Below, piece after piece: positions 49,959-60,513 of a DNA stretch of 64,000 bases. How positions within the stretch are numbered: position 1 is the first letter of the stretch; each line of letters opens with the position of its first letter. The notes beneath the pieces were generated by a model, which saw only the letters and a list, made by a program, of their open reading frames with translations, was not told the origin of the DNA and did no database searches. A program made the position numbers and the translations under genes. Where the stretch lies: NCBI GenBank assembly GCA_963745835.1, contig CAVUZH010000013.1:448001-512000 (forward strand), written 5' to 3'. This stretch comes from an uncultured delta proteobacterium. GTDB lineage: Bacteria; Desulfobacterota; Binatia; UBA9968.

Positions 49959-50073
49959 ACTATCGCTCCTCTATTTCTAACTTTGAGACAATCGAAAACA
50001 TCCTGATCGTCGCACGAGCCGGGAAAAACAATCACGCCCCAACGCACGCTTCGCTCCCCTATTCCACTTTGAG
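49893..50073 (-). repeat. Diverged tandem duplication (86/89 nt) of the purQ RBS and first 22 codons
   Basis: Two copies of GTGCGTTGGGG.GTGATTGTTTTTCC.GGCTCGTGCGA.GATCAGGATGTTTTCGAT.GTCTCAAA starting at 50047 and 49958, bounded by three CTCAAA. Confidence 0.92.
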
Positions 50074-50105
50074 GCCCCGAACCATGCCGGTCGCCGCACG
50101 AACTA

Positions 50106-50351
50106 TCAGCCTTCAGATATTTCATAATGGAAATTTTCTATGACCGGATTTGCCAGCAGCTTGTCGCACATCTCACGGATGCGACCTTCCGCGACTTCTC
50201 GCGAACAAGCCTGTAAATTGAGCTCGACAAATTTGCCGACTCTAACATCCTGAACCTCTTTGTAGCCCAACGTATGCAGCGACTGCTCGACGGCTTTACC
50301 TTGGGGATCGAGCACGCCGTTTTTTAGTGACACGAATATTTTGACCCGCAT
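50106..50351 (-). CDS. purS: FGAM synthase subunit PurS
   Basis: LKNGVLDPQGKAV...VRVGK...LLANPVIENF. Confidence 0.95.
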   Translation of the reverse strand: MRVKIFVSLKNGVLDPQGKAVEQSLHTLGYKEVQDVRVGKFVELNLQACSREVAEGRIREMCDKLLANPVIENFHYEISEG

Positions 50352-50385
50352 TAGCACCTTCGGCCGGTCTTCTCCGGCTATAAAT

Positions 50386-51678
50386 CTAACGGAATACCCT
50401 GCGAAAGATGAAGTCTACATTGGCAAGATGATGCTTTAAACCCCACACCGCTTCCACCTCCCGCGCCGACAGATAACTCGTGATCTCCCGGTCTTTTAGC
50501 AACTCGTCTTTTAGCTCACCACCATCTCTAGCGATTTTCAAGGCATGGCGTTGAACCATGCGGTAAGCCGCATCTCGAGAGACGCCCTTGTCGACCAGCG
50601 CGAGAAGCACTGCCTCGGAAAAAACCGCTCCACCGCTTTTTTCCAGGTTGCGTTTCATATTCTCCGGGTAGACACAGAGCTCTCCCAGCACATAGGTCAT
50701 GCGCCGCAACATAAAATCGATCGCGATCGTTGCATCCGGCGCAATCACTCGTTCCACCGAAGAGTGGCTGATATCTCGCTCATGCCAGAGCGCCACATTT
50801 TCCAACGCCGCTAATGCATAAGAACGCATCAGCCGCGCCAATCCTGTTACGTTCTCGGACAGAATCGGGTTGCGTTTGTGCGGCATGGCCGATGAGCCCT
50901 TCTGCCCTGCCGTAAAGGGTTCTTCGGCCTCCTGCACCTCGGTCCGCTGCAGGTGACGGATTTCAACAGCAAACTTTTCTAACGAACTGCCGATCACTGC
51001 CAATGTGGCGAAAAAGTACGCATGGCGGTCGCGCTGGATGATCTGATTGGATACCAATGCCGGTTTAAGTCCGCTCTTCTTACAAACATAGGCTTCAACT
51101 TTGGGAGAGATCTGGGCGAAGGTACCGACGGCCCCCGAAATCTGACCGACGCTAATATCTTCCACGGCTTTCCTCAGCCGAGCAAGATTCCTAGCCATCT
51201 CTTCATACCAAAGTGCAAACTTTAAGCCGAACGTGATCGGCTCCGCATGCACGCCATGGGTGCGGCCGATCATCACCGTTGATTTATACTTGTAGGCCTG
51301 GCGGCGTAGAACCTTCATCAAGCTCTGCACATCTTCGACTAAAATCGCCGAGGCTTCTCTGAGTTGAATCGCCAGAGCCGTATCCATCACATCGGATGAG
51401 GTCATACCGAGATGAAGAAAGCGCGCATCATCGCCGATGGATTCGGCCACAGAGCTTAAAAATGCGATGACTTCGTGCTTTACCTCGCGCTCGATCTCGC
51501 GAATACGCCCGACATCGAAGCGCGCGTTTTTCCTGATCCGGCTGATAGCTGCTTTTGGGACTTTGCCCATTTGGGCCAAGGCCTCAGCCGCCAGAATTTC
51601 GACGTCGAGCCATTTCTGAAAATTATTTTCTTCGGACCAGATGCGACCCATTTCCGGTCGCGTATAACGTGGGATCAT
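50386..51678 (-). CDS. purB: Adenylosuccinate lyase
   Basis: MIPRY, GMTSSD, GRTHGVHAEP, GSSAMPHKRNP, HERDISHSS. Confidence 0.95.
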   Translation of the reverse strand: MIPRYTRPEMGRIWSEENNFQKWLDVEILAAEALAQMGKVPKAAISRIRKNARFDVGRIREIEREVKHEVIAFLSSVAESIGDDARFLHLGMTSSDVMDTALAIQLREASAILVEDVQSLMKVLRRQAYKYKSTVMIGRTHGVHAEPITFGLKFALWYEEMARNLARLRKAVEDISVGQISGAVGTFAQISPKVEAYVCKKSGLKPALVSNQIIQRDRHAYFFATLAVIGSSLEKFAVEIRHLQRTEVQEAEEPFTAGQKGSSAMPHKRNPILSENVTGLARLMRSYALAALENVALWHERDISHSSVERVIAPDATIAIDFMLRRMTYVLGELCVYPENMKRNLEKSGGAVFSEAVLLALVDKGVSRDAAYRMVQRHALKIARDGGELKDELLKDREITSYLSAREVEAVWGLKHHLANVDFIFRRVFR

Positions 51679-51743
51679 GTTCGGCAGTAAGCCTGTAGTT
51701 TGATTATCGGCTGATGGTGAATGGAGTGAAATGCGCCCGAGGC

Positions 51744-52208
51744 TCAACGTTTTCGGATCTCATCGGTATGGCCAAAACCTCCCGCCTGCCGCTCGGAACG
51801 AGGCAATTCGCCGACTTCCTGCCACAGCGCGCGCACAACCCGTTGAATTATCATTTGTGCGATCCTCTGTCCCGGCCGAATGATGATTGAGTCCGAACCC
51901 AAATTGATGGCGATGAGCTGGATTTCACCCCGGTAGTCCGCATCGATCGTTCCGGGGCTGTTGATTAGAGTCAGCCCTTCTTTTAAAGCAACCCCGCTAC
52001 GCGGGCGAATTTGCGCCTCGTATCCGAAAGGCAGCGCGATCGCAATTCCGGTCGGAATCAGCGTTCGCTGGAGAGGTCCCAATTGGATATCGTGAGATAG
52101 GTCGGCGCATAGATCCATGCCGGCCGCCCCTTCTGTCATATAAGCTGGCAGTGAAGCCGGCGCGCCGCCAGAACGCACTCGCTTGATCGCTATCTGAATC
52201 TCTTCCAC
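51744..52208 (-). CDS. dut: dUTP diphosphatase
   Basis: [30 protein letters not shown]. Confidence 0.95.
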   Translation of the reverse strand: MEEIQIAIKRVRSGGAPASLPAYMTEGAAGMDLCADLSHDIQLGPLQRTLIPTGIAIALPFGYEAQIRPRSGVALKEGLTLINSPGTIDADYRGEIQLIAINLGSDSIIIRPGQRIAQMIIQRVVRALWQEVGELPRSERQAGGFGHTDEIRKR

Positions 52209-52235
52209 GGCGCCCGAACTCCGATCGAGGAGTGA

Positions 52236-53510
52236 CTACCGACCGAGACCGAAGTTTTTGATTTTGAAATTTTCCTTGAAATCACCAAGCAGGGAAACTG
52301 CCATTGCCTCGGGCCGAAACAAGGCGCGCGCCAATTCGATGATTTCATCGCGGGTGACAGAACGAATACGTTGACAGATCTCATCTGTGGTGATCGATTT
52401 GCCGAAGTAAAGCTCATTGCGAGCGATATGACTCATCCACGAGTCCGTGGATTCCAGGCCCAGCATGATATTTCCCACCAGTTGCCCCCGGGTGCGGCGA
52501 ACCTCGTCTTCTTTAATCTCTCCGGCTGCCAGACATTTTAACTCCCTCAACACGAGATCGATGACTTCCTCAACCGCTTCTAAACTGGTCCCGGCATAGA
52601 TGCCGAGATAACCCGTATCACTGTAGGTGGACATGAAAGAATAAACGGAGTAGGCCTTGCCGCGCTTCTCACGAATCTCCTGAAACAACCGAGAACTCAT
52701 GCCGCCGCCGAGTATTGTGTTTAGGATATAGCCCGCATGTCGCTGCGGATGGGTCTGGTGAATACCAGGCATGCCTAAACATAGATGAACCTGTTCCAAA
52801 GGCTTAGCATGGGTAAAAAGGCCACTTTTGGTTTGCGGCAAGAGCTCGGCATCGACTCGACTTGGAAGCGCTGAAACAGACTGTTTTGCGCTGCCAAGTC
52901 GCGCATTCAACTCCTTCACCAGCTTTTCGTGTTGGAAGTGGCCGGCGGCTGCGACAACGACTCTGCTCGGATGATATCGTTCGTGAAAAAAATTGACGAA
53001 GTCTTCCCGACCAAACTTCGAGACAGTACCAACATGACCGGCAATCGGTCGGCCTAGTGGATGATTCTGGAAGAAATCCAAACTAAACAGATCGTGCACA
53101 TAGTCATCCGGAGTGTCTTCAGCCTGAGAAATCTCTTGAAGAATAACCGATCTTTCACGCTCGATTTCTTCGCCGTCAAAACTTGAATTGAGAAAAATAT
53201 CGGTCAGCAGATCGCTCGCCAGCGGCAGATCTTCGTCAAGCACCTTGGCGTAGTAGCAGGTGTGTTCCTTGGAAGTAAAGGCGTTAAGGAGGCCGCCCAC
53301 GGCATCCATTTCCTCGGCGATTTGCGCGGCGGTGCGTGTCGTCGTTCCCTTGAAAAGCAGATGCTCGATGAAATGGGAGATGCCGTTCTCATCCGGCAAC
53401 TCATGACGGGAGCCATTCTCAACCCAGATCCCCAAACTCACCGAACGGTGATCGGTCATCTCTTGAGAGACAACTCGGATGCCATTATCCAAAACGCTTT
53501 TAGCAAACAT
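52236..53510 (-). CDS. M16 family zinc peptidase
   Basis: Inverted zincin HFIEH, NAFT, GGGMSSRLFQEIREK; typical position after pnp. Confidence 0.93.
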   Translation of the reverse strand: MFAKSVLDNGIRVVSQEMTDHRSVSLGIWVENGSRHELPDENGISHFIEHLLFKGTTTRTAAQIAEEMDAVGGLLNAFTSKEHTCYYAKVLDEDLPLASDLLTDIFLNSSFDGEEIERERSVILQEISQAEDTPDDYVHDLFSLDFFQNHPLGRPIAGHVGTVSKFGREDFVNFFHERYHPSRVVVAAAGHFQHEKLVKELNARLGSAKQSVSALPSRVDAELLPQTKSGLFTHAKPLEQVHLCLGMPGIHQTHPQRHAGYILNTILGGGMSSRLFQEIREKRGKAYSVYSFMSTYSDTGYLGIYAGTSLEAVEEVIDLVLRELKCLAAGEIKEDEVRRTRGQLVGNIMLGLESTDSWMSHIARNELYFGKSITTDEICQRIRSVTRDEIIELARALFRPEAMAVSLLGDFKENFKIKNFGLGR

Positions 53511-53533
53511 AATAAAAGTACAAACCTGAAGGG

Positions 53534-55666
53534 TTATTCTTCACGAGGACCATCCGAGCCGCCGCCAAGGTTTGTTTGTCCCCCGCCGGCTTCTTGGAGG
53601 GCCTCTTTTCGACTGAGCCTGATCTTGCCTTGGCGATCGACCTCAAGGACTTTGACCATGACTTCGTCACCCTCTTTAAGCACGTCGGCGACCCGACGGA
53701 CATGCCCAGGAGCAAGTTGTGAAATGTGAACCAGACCATCGGTGCCGGGGAAAATCTCGACGAACGCGCCGAAATCGACGATCTTCCTCACGGTGCCTTT
53801 GTAGATCTTCCCAACCTCCGCTTCGGCTGCGATATTCTGGACCATTTGTATAGCTTTTTGTGCAGCGGCTTCATCGCTAGAAGCGATGGTTACGGTGCCA
53901 TCATCTTCGACATCCATTTTGACACCGGTTGCTTCAATGATCCCGCGGATAACTTTGCCGCCCGGGCCGATGATTTCACGGATCTTCTCGGGTTTCACTC
54001 TGATAGTGATGATCCGAGGCGCATGGCCCGAAACGTTCGTGCGCGGCACCGACAGAGTCTTGCCCATCTCGCCAAGAATGTGCATGCGTCCTTCCTTGGC
54101 TTGATAAAGAGCCTGGCGCATGATGTTACGATCGACACCGCTGATTTTGATGTCCATCTGGAGCGAAGTCACCCCCTCAGCGGTTCCTGCAACTTTGAAA
54201 TCCATGTCGCCCAAGTGATCCTCATCGCCGAGAATGTCCGAGAGGATGCGTACATGCTCGCCTTCTTTGATCAAACCCATGGCAATGCCGGCAACTGGAG
54301 CGGAAACCGGCACACCCGCGTCCATCAAGGAAAGCGATCCTCCGCATACCGTCGCCATCGATGTTGACCCATTCGACTCCAATATCTCTGAAACTATCCG
54401 TAACGTGTACGGGAAGCTCTCCTCCGGTGGTAACACCGGCAGCAAAGCACGTTCGGCAAGATTGCCATGACCAATCTCGCGCCGGCCCGGGCCGCGCAAG
54501 AACTTGACCTCGCCGACACTGAACGGCGGGAAGTTATAATGAAGCATGAATTTTTTGAAATGCTCGCCGATCAAAGCGTCGACCCTCTGCTCATCGGAAG
54601 CGGTGCCGAGAGTCGTCACCACTAATGCCTGAGTCTCACCGCGTGTAAACAGGGCGGACCCGTGGGTACGTGGCAAAACCTCGACTTCGCAACTGATCGG
54701 ACGAATATCCTTTAATCCACGACCATCAATGCGCCGCTCCTTCTCTATCACCAAATTTCGAAAGCAATTTCTTTTAAGCTCCTCAAAGGCGCCTTTGATA
54801 TCCTTAGCCTTGTCCGGATGTTCTGACAGCGCTAGCGGTACAACCTCGCTTTTCACTTCTGCGATGCGCTTGTAGCGTTCCAACTTTTCTGGGACCTCGA
54901 GCGCTTGCTTTAGTTTTGACAGAGCCAAACCTTCAATCCGTTGGGCCGCGGCCTTGTCGAGCTGCGCCAGGGGCACTTGACGTTTGGCCTTCCCGACCGC
55001 GCGGCGAATTTCCTCCTGCATCTCCAACAACGGTTGAATGGCCTCGTGCCCGGCAAACAGCGCTTCTAGAATCTCATCCTCGGGGATTACCTGGGCGCCA
55101 CCTTCAACCATGACGATAGCTGCGCGACTCCCTGAGAGAAAGATATCCATATCGCTGTCTGAAAGCTGACTCTGCGTAGGATTCATGACTAGTTGCCCAT
55201 TGATCCTGCCGATTCGAACACCTGCCAACGGACCGTTGAAAGGAATGTCCGAAACTTCTAGGGCAACGGACGCTCCAAGCATGGCGATAACGTCGGGATC
55301 GTTTTCGCGGTCGGCGGAAAGAACTGTGGCAATAATCTGGGTCTCGCAACGGAGTCCTTCCGCAAACAGCGGACGAATCGAGCGATCAATCAAACGACAC
55401 GTAAGGATCTCCTTTTCCGACGGTCGCCCCTCGCGCTTGAAAAACCCGCCGGGAATTTTTCCGGCGGCAAACGTTTTCTCCTGGTAATCGACCGTCAAGG
55501 GAAAGAAATCCGTGTCCAGTTTAAAATCTTTGGCAGCTACAGCAGTGGCCAAAACCACCGTTTCGCCGTAGCGAACCAAGGCCGCACCATCGGCCTGCTT
55601 TGCCAGGCGACCGACCTCGATGGACAAAGGTCGACCGTGAAAATCCAATTCAATTTTCTTGATCAT
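53534..55666 (-). CDS. pnp: Polyribonucleotide nucleotidyltransferase
   Basis: [35 protein letters not shown] domain IGPGG, S1 domain. Confidence 0.97.
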   Translation of the reverse strand: MIKKIELDFHGRPLSIEVGRLAKQADGAALVRYGETVVLATAVAAKDFKLDTDFFPLTVDYQEKTFAAGKIPGGFFKREGRPSEKEILTCRLIDRSIRPLFAEGLRCETQIIATVLSADRENDPDVIAMLGASVALEVSDIPFNGPLAGVRIGRINGQLVMNPTQSQLSDSDMDIFLSGSRAAIVMVEGGAQVIPEDEILEALFAGHEAIQPLLEMQEEIRRAVGKAKRQVPLAQLDKAAAQRIEGLALSKLKQALEVPEKLERYKRIAEVKSEVVPLALSEHPDKAKDIKGAFEELKRNCFRNLVIEKERRIDGRGLKDIRPISCEVEVLPRTHGSALFTRGETQALVVTTLGTASDEQRVDALIGEHFKKFMLHYNFPPFSVGEVKFLRGPGRREIGHGNLAERALLPVLPPEESFPYTLRIVSEILESNGSTSMATVCGGSLSLMDAGVPVSAPVAGIAMGLIKEGEHVRILSDILGDEDHLGDMDFKVAGTAEGVTSLQMDIKISGVDRNIMRQALYQAKEGRMHILGEMGKTLSVPRTNVSGHAPRIITIRVKPEKIREIIGPGGKVIRGIIEATGVKMDVEDDGTVTIASSDEAAAQKAIQMVQNIAAEAEVGKIYKGTVRKIVDFGAFVEIFPGTDGLVHISQLAPGHVRRVADVLKEGDEVMVKVLEVDRQGKIRLSRKEALQEAGGGQTNLGGGSDGPREE

Positions 55667-55734
55667 AGACGCTCCTCTAAAGTGAGAGGTGCTTGACGGA
55701 GGGTAAGGATGGAGGGCAATCGGTTAGGAAACCA

Positions 55735-56004
55735 TTACTTCCTTATTCCAAGTCGTTGGATTAGAACCTGATATCGTTCGAAATCGGATTTCTTCAGATA
55801 ATCAAGGAGCCTTCTCCGTTGGCCTACCAGCTTCAATAGGCCCCGACGGGAATGATGATCTTTAGCATGAATCTTGAAGTGCTCGGTAAGATATTCGATG
55901 CGCTGACTCAAGAGCGCGACTTGCACTTCAGGAGAGCCGGTATCGCTCTGATGGACCCTGAACTGCTCGATAACCCCCTGCTTTTGCTGTGGAGCAATTC
56001 CCAT
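55735..56004 (-). CDS. rpsO: 30S ribosomal protein S15
   Basis: [12 protein letters not shown]...[20 protein letters not shown]. Confidence 0.97.
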   Translation of the reverse strand: MGIAPQQKQGVIEQFRVHQSDTGSPEVQVALLSQRIEYLTEHFKIHAKDHHSRRGLLKLVGQRRRLLDYLKKSDFERYQVLIQRLGIRK

Positions 56005-56215
56005 GTTCTCCGCTTTTTCTCTCTTTCCTTTTTATTATCGACATTTTCTAACATAGTGACCTGATATTGTAAAGCTGCAACTACGCCGAGCGGCCTCGCG
56101 GCGCGCAGTTGGCACGGGTTGAGGTTTTTAGCCCGCAAATCGGCGGATCCGACATCTAAAACATAGTAAAAACGTTTTTTGTTTTTTTGTCAGATGGTTA
56201 TGGTAAAATTCGTCC

Positions 56216-56827
56216 ATGAGAACTTCGATCGCTGCTGCGCTGTTACAAATTCTGCTCCTCGTTTTGATCTCTCCCTCGCATGCAGCGGATTTCTTTCGTT
56301 GGATCGACCAGAACGGGGTGGTCCATTTCACCGATAATATCCATAATATTCCGGAAGCACGCCGATCAACGGCAGTTCGCATCAAAGGGCAAGAGCCGGC
56401 CAGACCCGCGGCGCCTTCCAAGGTTTCGCCAGCAACCGCTGCCAAGGCATCCATTCCTTTTGAAAAACGTGGACAGGTGGTTGTCGTGGAGGTGATGCTT
56501 AATAATACTGTGCCCGTCAAATTGGTTGTCGATACCGGCGCCACTTATACAATGATTTCAGCGGCGACAGCCAAAGAGTTAAGCATCGATCCGCAGAGCG
56601 CTCAGCGCACGATGCCCTTTCAAACCGCGAACGGCGTCATCCAAGCACCGCTTGCCAATTTGGAATCGGTGATAGTGGGCGGAATGGAAATGAAAAACCT
56701 TACCGCAGCGATTCACGACGCTGTCCCCAGCGCCCAAGTCGCCGGTCTTCTCGGTCTTAACTTCCTTAGCAACTTTCGACTGGACATAGATACCGAGAAA
56801 GGCATGCTCCATTTGGAGCGAAAATAA
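56216..56827 (+). CDS. Secreted DUF4124 + retropepsin-like (clan AA) aspartic protease
   Basis: Signal peptide; WIDQNGVVHFTD; VDTGAT; TANG; GLLGLNFL. Confidence 0.88.
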   Translation: MRTSIAAALLQILLLVLISPSHAADFFRWIDQNGVVHFTDNIHNIPEARRSTAVRIKGQEPARPAAPSKVSPATAAKASIPFEKRGQVVVVEVMLNNTVPVKLVVDTGATYTMISAATAKELSIDPQSAQRTMPFQTANGVIQAPLANLESVIVGGMEMKNLTAAIHDAVPSAQVAGLLGLNFLSNFRLDIDTEKGMLHLERK

Positions 56828-56931
56828 TCAGAGCCAGCCACAGTGAAGTTTGGTCGATTACTGGCCCGGTACCATTTCTCCGGGTGGACCGCGCTTGAAT
56901 ACCTGAAAACGCTTTACCGACCCCGTTTCTC

Positions 56932-56965
56932 AAACAAAAGGGGCGATGGATTCAACCACCGCCCC
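56932..56965 (-). terminator. Rho-independent terminator of nrdJ
   Basis: Minus strand GGGGCGGTGG-loop-CCATCGCCCC followed by TTTTGTTT, 30 bp after the stop codon. Confidence 0.75.
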
Positions 56966-56995
56966 GTGTTTCTGCCATCCCCGAGACGGGCAATC

Positions 56996-59767
56996 TCAGG
57001 AACAACCGCTGACAGCACCGCAGTTCAGGCACTTATAGCAAGCGCCGCTGCGAATCATGATGGCACCGCAATCCGGACAAGGTGGCGCATCTTGCTGGTA
57101 AAGGCTGGTGACACTGCTGATACTCGTCACCGGCGCCCCACCTCGAGGCGTCTGAGGAACAATCGACACCACCCTCTTAGAAACCGGGACTTCCTTTTCT
57201 TCGGTCTCTTGCTTGACGACACCGATCTCCCGCTGGGCTTCGCCGTCGAGAAACTTGGTTGCCAGCCACCTGAAGATGTAATCCATGATCGACTTGGCCA
57301 TCGGGATATCCGGATTTTTGGTAAACCCCGAAGGCTCGAAGCGCATATGGCTGAACTTGTCCACCAACCCTCTTAGCGGCACGCCGTATTGGAGTGCTAT
57401 CGAAATCGCCGTGGCAAAGGAATCCATCAGCCCCGAAATGGTTGAACCCTCTTTGGACATGGTGATGAAGATTTCTCCGGGCTGGCCGTCTTCGTACATG
57501 CCGGCGATGATATAGCCCTCATGACCGGCGATATCGAACTTGTGTGTAATCGAGCGCCGTTCGTCCGGCAGCTTGCGCCGCAGCGGCCGCGTCTCCTTGC
57601 TTTCAGCCGTGCCGCTTTTTGTGCCGTCCTTGTCCTTCGACGTATTGAGCGGCTGGGTGCGTTTCGAACCATCCCGGTAGATCGCCACCGCCTTCAATCC
57701 GAGCTTCCAGGACTCCATGTATGCTTGAATGATGTCTTCTACCGTCGCCTCGTTCGGCATATTGATCGTTTTAGAGATCGCCCCCGATATAAACGGCTGC
57801 ACCGCTCCCATCATTCTGATGTGCCCCATATAATTAATCGTACGAATGCCATTGGCCGGCTTGAAGGCACAGTCGAAGACAGCGAGATCTTCGTCGCTTA
57901 GGTGCGGCGCGCCCTCGATGGTCTCATGCTCTTCAATGTACTCGACGATGTCTTGAATTTGCTTTACGTCATACCCCAGACGCTTAAGCGCCCGAGCCAC
58001 TGTGTTATTGACGATCTTCAAGAGTCCGCCGCCAACCAGCTTCTTGTATTTGATCAGAGCGATATCCGGCTCCACTCCCGTGGTGTCGCAATCCATCATG
58101 AACGCAATCGTGCCAGTGGGAGCGAGCACCGAGATCTGCGAATTTTTCACGCCATGCGTTTCGGCCTCTCCGCAGGTCTGATCCCACGACTCGCGCGCCG
58201 CCGTCAGAAGATCCAACGGCACGTGCGCTGATGAAATCTTGTACGCATGAGAGCGATGTTTGTTGAGCACTCGCAGCATCGGCTCCTGATTGACGTCATA
58301 TCCCGCGAAAGTTCCTGTGGCTCCAGCGATGCGCGTCGATTGAAGATAACCTTCTCCCGACATCAGTGCGGTCACGGCGGATGCATAGCCGCGACCGGCA
58401 TCGGAATCATAGGGCAGCCCCAAGGACATCAGCAATGCGCCGAGATTAGCATAGCCCAATCCCAATTCGCGAAAGGCATGGGCATTGGCTGTAATCTCCG
58501 GGGTCGGATAAGAAGAATTATCGATCAGAATGTCTTGCGCAAGCACGATGATGTCGACCGCGCGGCGAAAAGATTCTGTGTCGAAAACGCCGTCTTCACG
58601 CAAAAACTTCAGCAAGTTCAACGAAGCTAGATTGCAAGCCGAATTGTCCAGATGCATGTATTCCGAGCACGGATTGGAGGCGTTGATCCTGCCGGTGCCG
58701 GAACAGGTATGCCAATCGTTGATGGTCGTATCGTATTGCATTCCGGGATCACCGCAGAAGTAAGTGCTCTCGGCAATCATGCGCATCAAATCACGGGCCT
58801 GATAGGTCTCGCTGACTTCGCCGCTTTTGATGAAGCGAGTCTTCCATTCACGATCCTCTTGCACGGCCTGCATAAAGTCATCAGTGACACGGACCGAGTT
58901 ATTGGCATTTTGAAAGAACACGCTACCGTAGGCCGGACCATCCAAGCTGGAATCGTATCCCGCTTCGATCAAAGCCCAGGCCTTCTTCTCCTCTTCAACT
59001 TTGCATTTAACAAACTCCTCGATATCGGGATGATCCACGTTGAGAACCACCATTTTCGCGGCTCGCCTAGTTTTACCGCCTGATTTGATCACCCCGGCGG
59101 AGGCATCCGCCGCTTTCATGAAGGAGACTGGACCGGAAGCAGTGCCGCCGCCAGCGAGTTGCTCTTTAGCGGAGCGGATCTTCGAGAGATTCACGCCGGA
59201 ACCAGAACCGCCTTTAAAGATGATTCCTTCCTTGCGGTACCAATCGAGGATTGATTCCATCGTGTCATCGACAGAAAGAATAAAGCAGGCCGAGCACTGC
59301 GGCTTCTCTTCGATGCCGCAATTAAACCAAACAGGGCTGTTGAAGCAGGCCTTCTGGTGGACCAGAATGTGAGTTAATTCATCGTGAAAGCTCTGGGCAT
59401 CCTCATCCGTGGCAAAGTAGCCATCTTTAGTGCCCCAACGCGTGATCGTATCGACCACGCGGCCGATCATCTGCCGCACGCTGTATTCCCGTTGAGGACT
59501 GCCGATCGGACCACGAAAATATTTTGAGACCACAACATTGGTGGCCATGAGCGACCACGTTTTCGGAATTTCTACATTGTTCTGTTCGAAAACCACCTTG
59601 CCCTTCTCGTTTGTGATCGATGCCGAACGGATTTCCCAATCGATTTCGTCGTACGGGTTGACACCCGCGCGGGTAAAATAGCGGCTAACCTTGATACCGC
59701 TTTTGCGCTTGGGCTGGGCCGGATTTAAGCTAGGAATATCGGTGCTTTGTGGCATCATGGTCGCCAT
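56996..59767 (-). CDS. nrdJ: Vitamin B12-dependent (class II) ribonucleotide reductase with C-terminal TSCPD and Zn-ribbon domains
   Basis: FNSPVWFN, QCSACFI, SNPCSE, ACNLAS, APTGTI, ISKTIN, YRDG, terminal CPDC...CLNC. Confidence 0.95.
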   Translation of the reverse strand: MATMMPQSTDIPSLNPAQPKRKSGIKVSRYFTRAGVNPYDEIDWEIRSASITNEKGKVVFEQNNVEIPKTWSLMATNVVVSKYFRGPIGSPQREYSVRQMIGRVVDTITRWGTKDGYFATDEDAQSFHDELTHILVHQKACFNSPVWFNCGIEEKPQCSACFILSVDDTMESILDWYRKEGIIFKGGSGSGVNLSKIRSAKEQLAGGGTASGPVSFMKAADASAGVIKSGGKTRRAAKMVVLNVDHPDIEEFVKCKVEEEKKAWALIEAGYDSSLDGPAYGSVFFQNANNSVRVTDDFMQAVQEDREWKTRFIKSGEVSETYQARDLMRMIAESTYFCGDPGMQYDTTINDWHTCSGTGRINASNPCSEYMHLDNSACNLASLNLLKFLREDGVFDTESFRRAVDIIVLAQDILIDNSSYPTPEITANAHAFRELGLGYANLGALLMSLGLPYDSDAGRGYASAVTALMSGEGYLQSTRIAGATGTFAGYDVNQEPMLRVLNKHRSHAYKISSAHVPLDLLTAARESWDQTCGEAETHGVKNSQISVLAPTGTIAFMMDCDTTGVEPDIALIKYKKLVGGGLLKIVNNTVARALKRLGYDVKQIQDIVEYIEEHETIEGAPHLSDEDLAVFDCAFKPANGIRTINYMGHIRMMGAVQPFISGAISKTINMPNEATVEDIIQAYMESWKLGLKAVAIYRDGSKRTQPLNTSKDKDGTKSGTAESKETRPLRRKLPDERRSITHKFDIAGHEGYIIAGMYEDGQPGEIFITMSKEGSTISGLMDSFATAISIALQYGVPLRGLVDKFSHMRFEPSGFTKNPDIPMAKSIMDYIFRWLATKFLDGEAQREIGVVKQETEEKEVPVSKRVVSIVPQTPRGGAPVTSISSVTSLYQQDAPPCPDCGAIMIRSGACYKCLNCGAVSGCS

Positions 59768-59793
59768 GGTAGTATCTCCCTTCGGTCGCTAAA

Positions 59794-59840
59794 TATCAAT
59801 ATGTAGTATGAGATGCGGCGGAACGCACTAGATTTTGTAT
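59794..59840. promoter_or_regulatory. Tandem NrdR boxes
   Basis: TATCAATATGTAGTAT (59794) and GCACTAGATTTTGTAT (59825) resemble acaCwAtATaTwGtgt and are 31 bp apart, the canonical spacing, directly upstream of nrdJ. Confidence 0.8.
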
Positions 59841-59986
59841 AGTTAAAATTTTTGTCAATTTTTGTCAAGAAATTTTTTTGATCGCTTGGTTTCACTAGAA
59901 TTTATCGGACTTCTGTGACACTGCCGGTAATAAAAACGCTATAATCGCAATTATGCTTTGCTAAATTCGCGGCTGGGTTATTCAAA

Positions 59987-60460
59987 ATGGCAAGAAAAAC
60001 ACCGCCAACAATAGATCGGGTGGGCGAGGTTCTGGGAAATTCGTTGAAGCGCCTCGATCTCTCCTATCGACTCAATGAATACAGTATATGGCCGGTATGG
60101 GACGAAGTCGTCGGCAAAACTATCGCCGTAAACGCGCAGCCCGAAAAGATTCGCAACGGTACATTGTTTGTCAAAGTGACAAGTTCCGTTTGGATGCAGC
60201 AGTTGCAGTTCATGAAAGAGATGATCGCGGAAAAATTAAATAACCGGCTCAACCGAGAAGTCGTCAAGAATATTTTCTTCGTCGTCGGCCGGATTGATTC
60301 ACCCGGACCGGGAGAAACCCCGAGTACGGCTGCTAAACCCGCCATTGATGAGGAGCCGAAAATCGACGAGCAATTTCTCGAGTCGGTGTCCGACCCCGAG
60401 CTACGTCAAGCCTTCAAGAAACTGGTAAAGAGTTATTCGCGCCGGCGCGGGCAAGGGTAA
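59987..60460 (+). CDS. dciA: DUF721 / DciA-like replicative helicase loader
   Basis: WDEVVG..IA..AQP..IRNGTLFV.V.SSVWMQQL.F.K. Confidence 0.8.
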   Translation: MARKTPPTIDRVGEVLGNSLKRLDLSYRLNEYSIWPVWDEVVGKTIAVNAQPEKIRNGTLFVKVTSSVWMQQLQFMKEMIAEKLNNRLNREVVKNIFFVVGRIDSPGPGETPSTAAKPAIDEEPKIDEQFLESVSDPELRQAFKKLVKSYSRRRGQG

Positions 60461-60513
60461 GCAGCAGACGCGCAATCCCGACACCTGATTCACAACCCAC
60501 AGGCTGATCCACT

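Noticed and set aside
56109-56125. TTGGCACG upstream of the aspartic protease gene
   Set aside because: No GC at the -12 position.
59768-59986. Cobalamin riboswitch upstream of B12-dependent nrdJ
   Set aside because: Region is short and AT-rich with no B12-box; NrdR boxes explain it.
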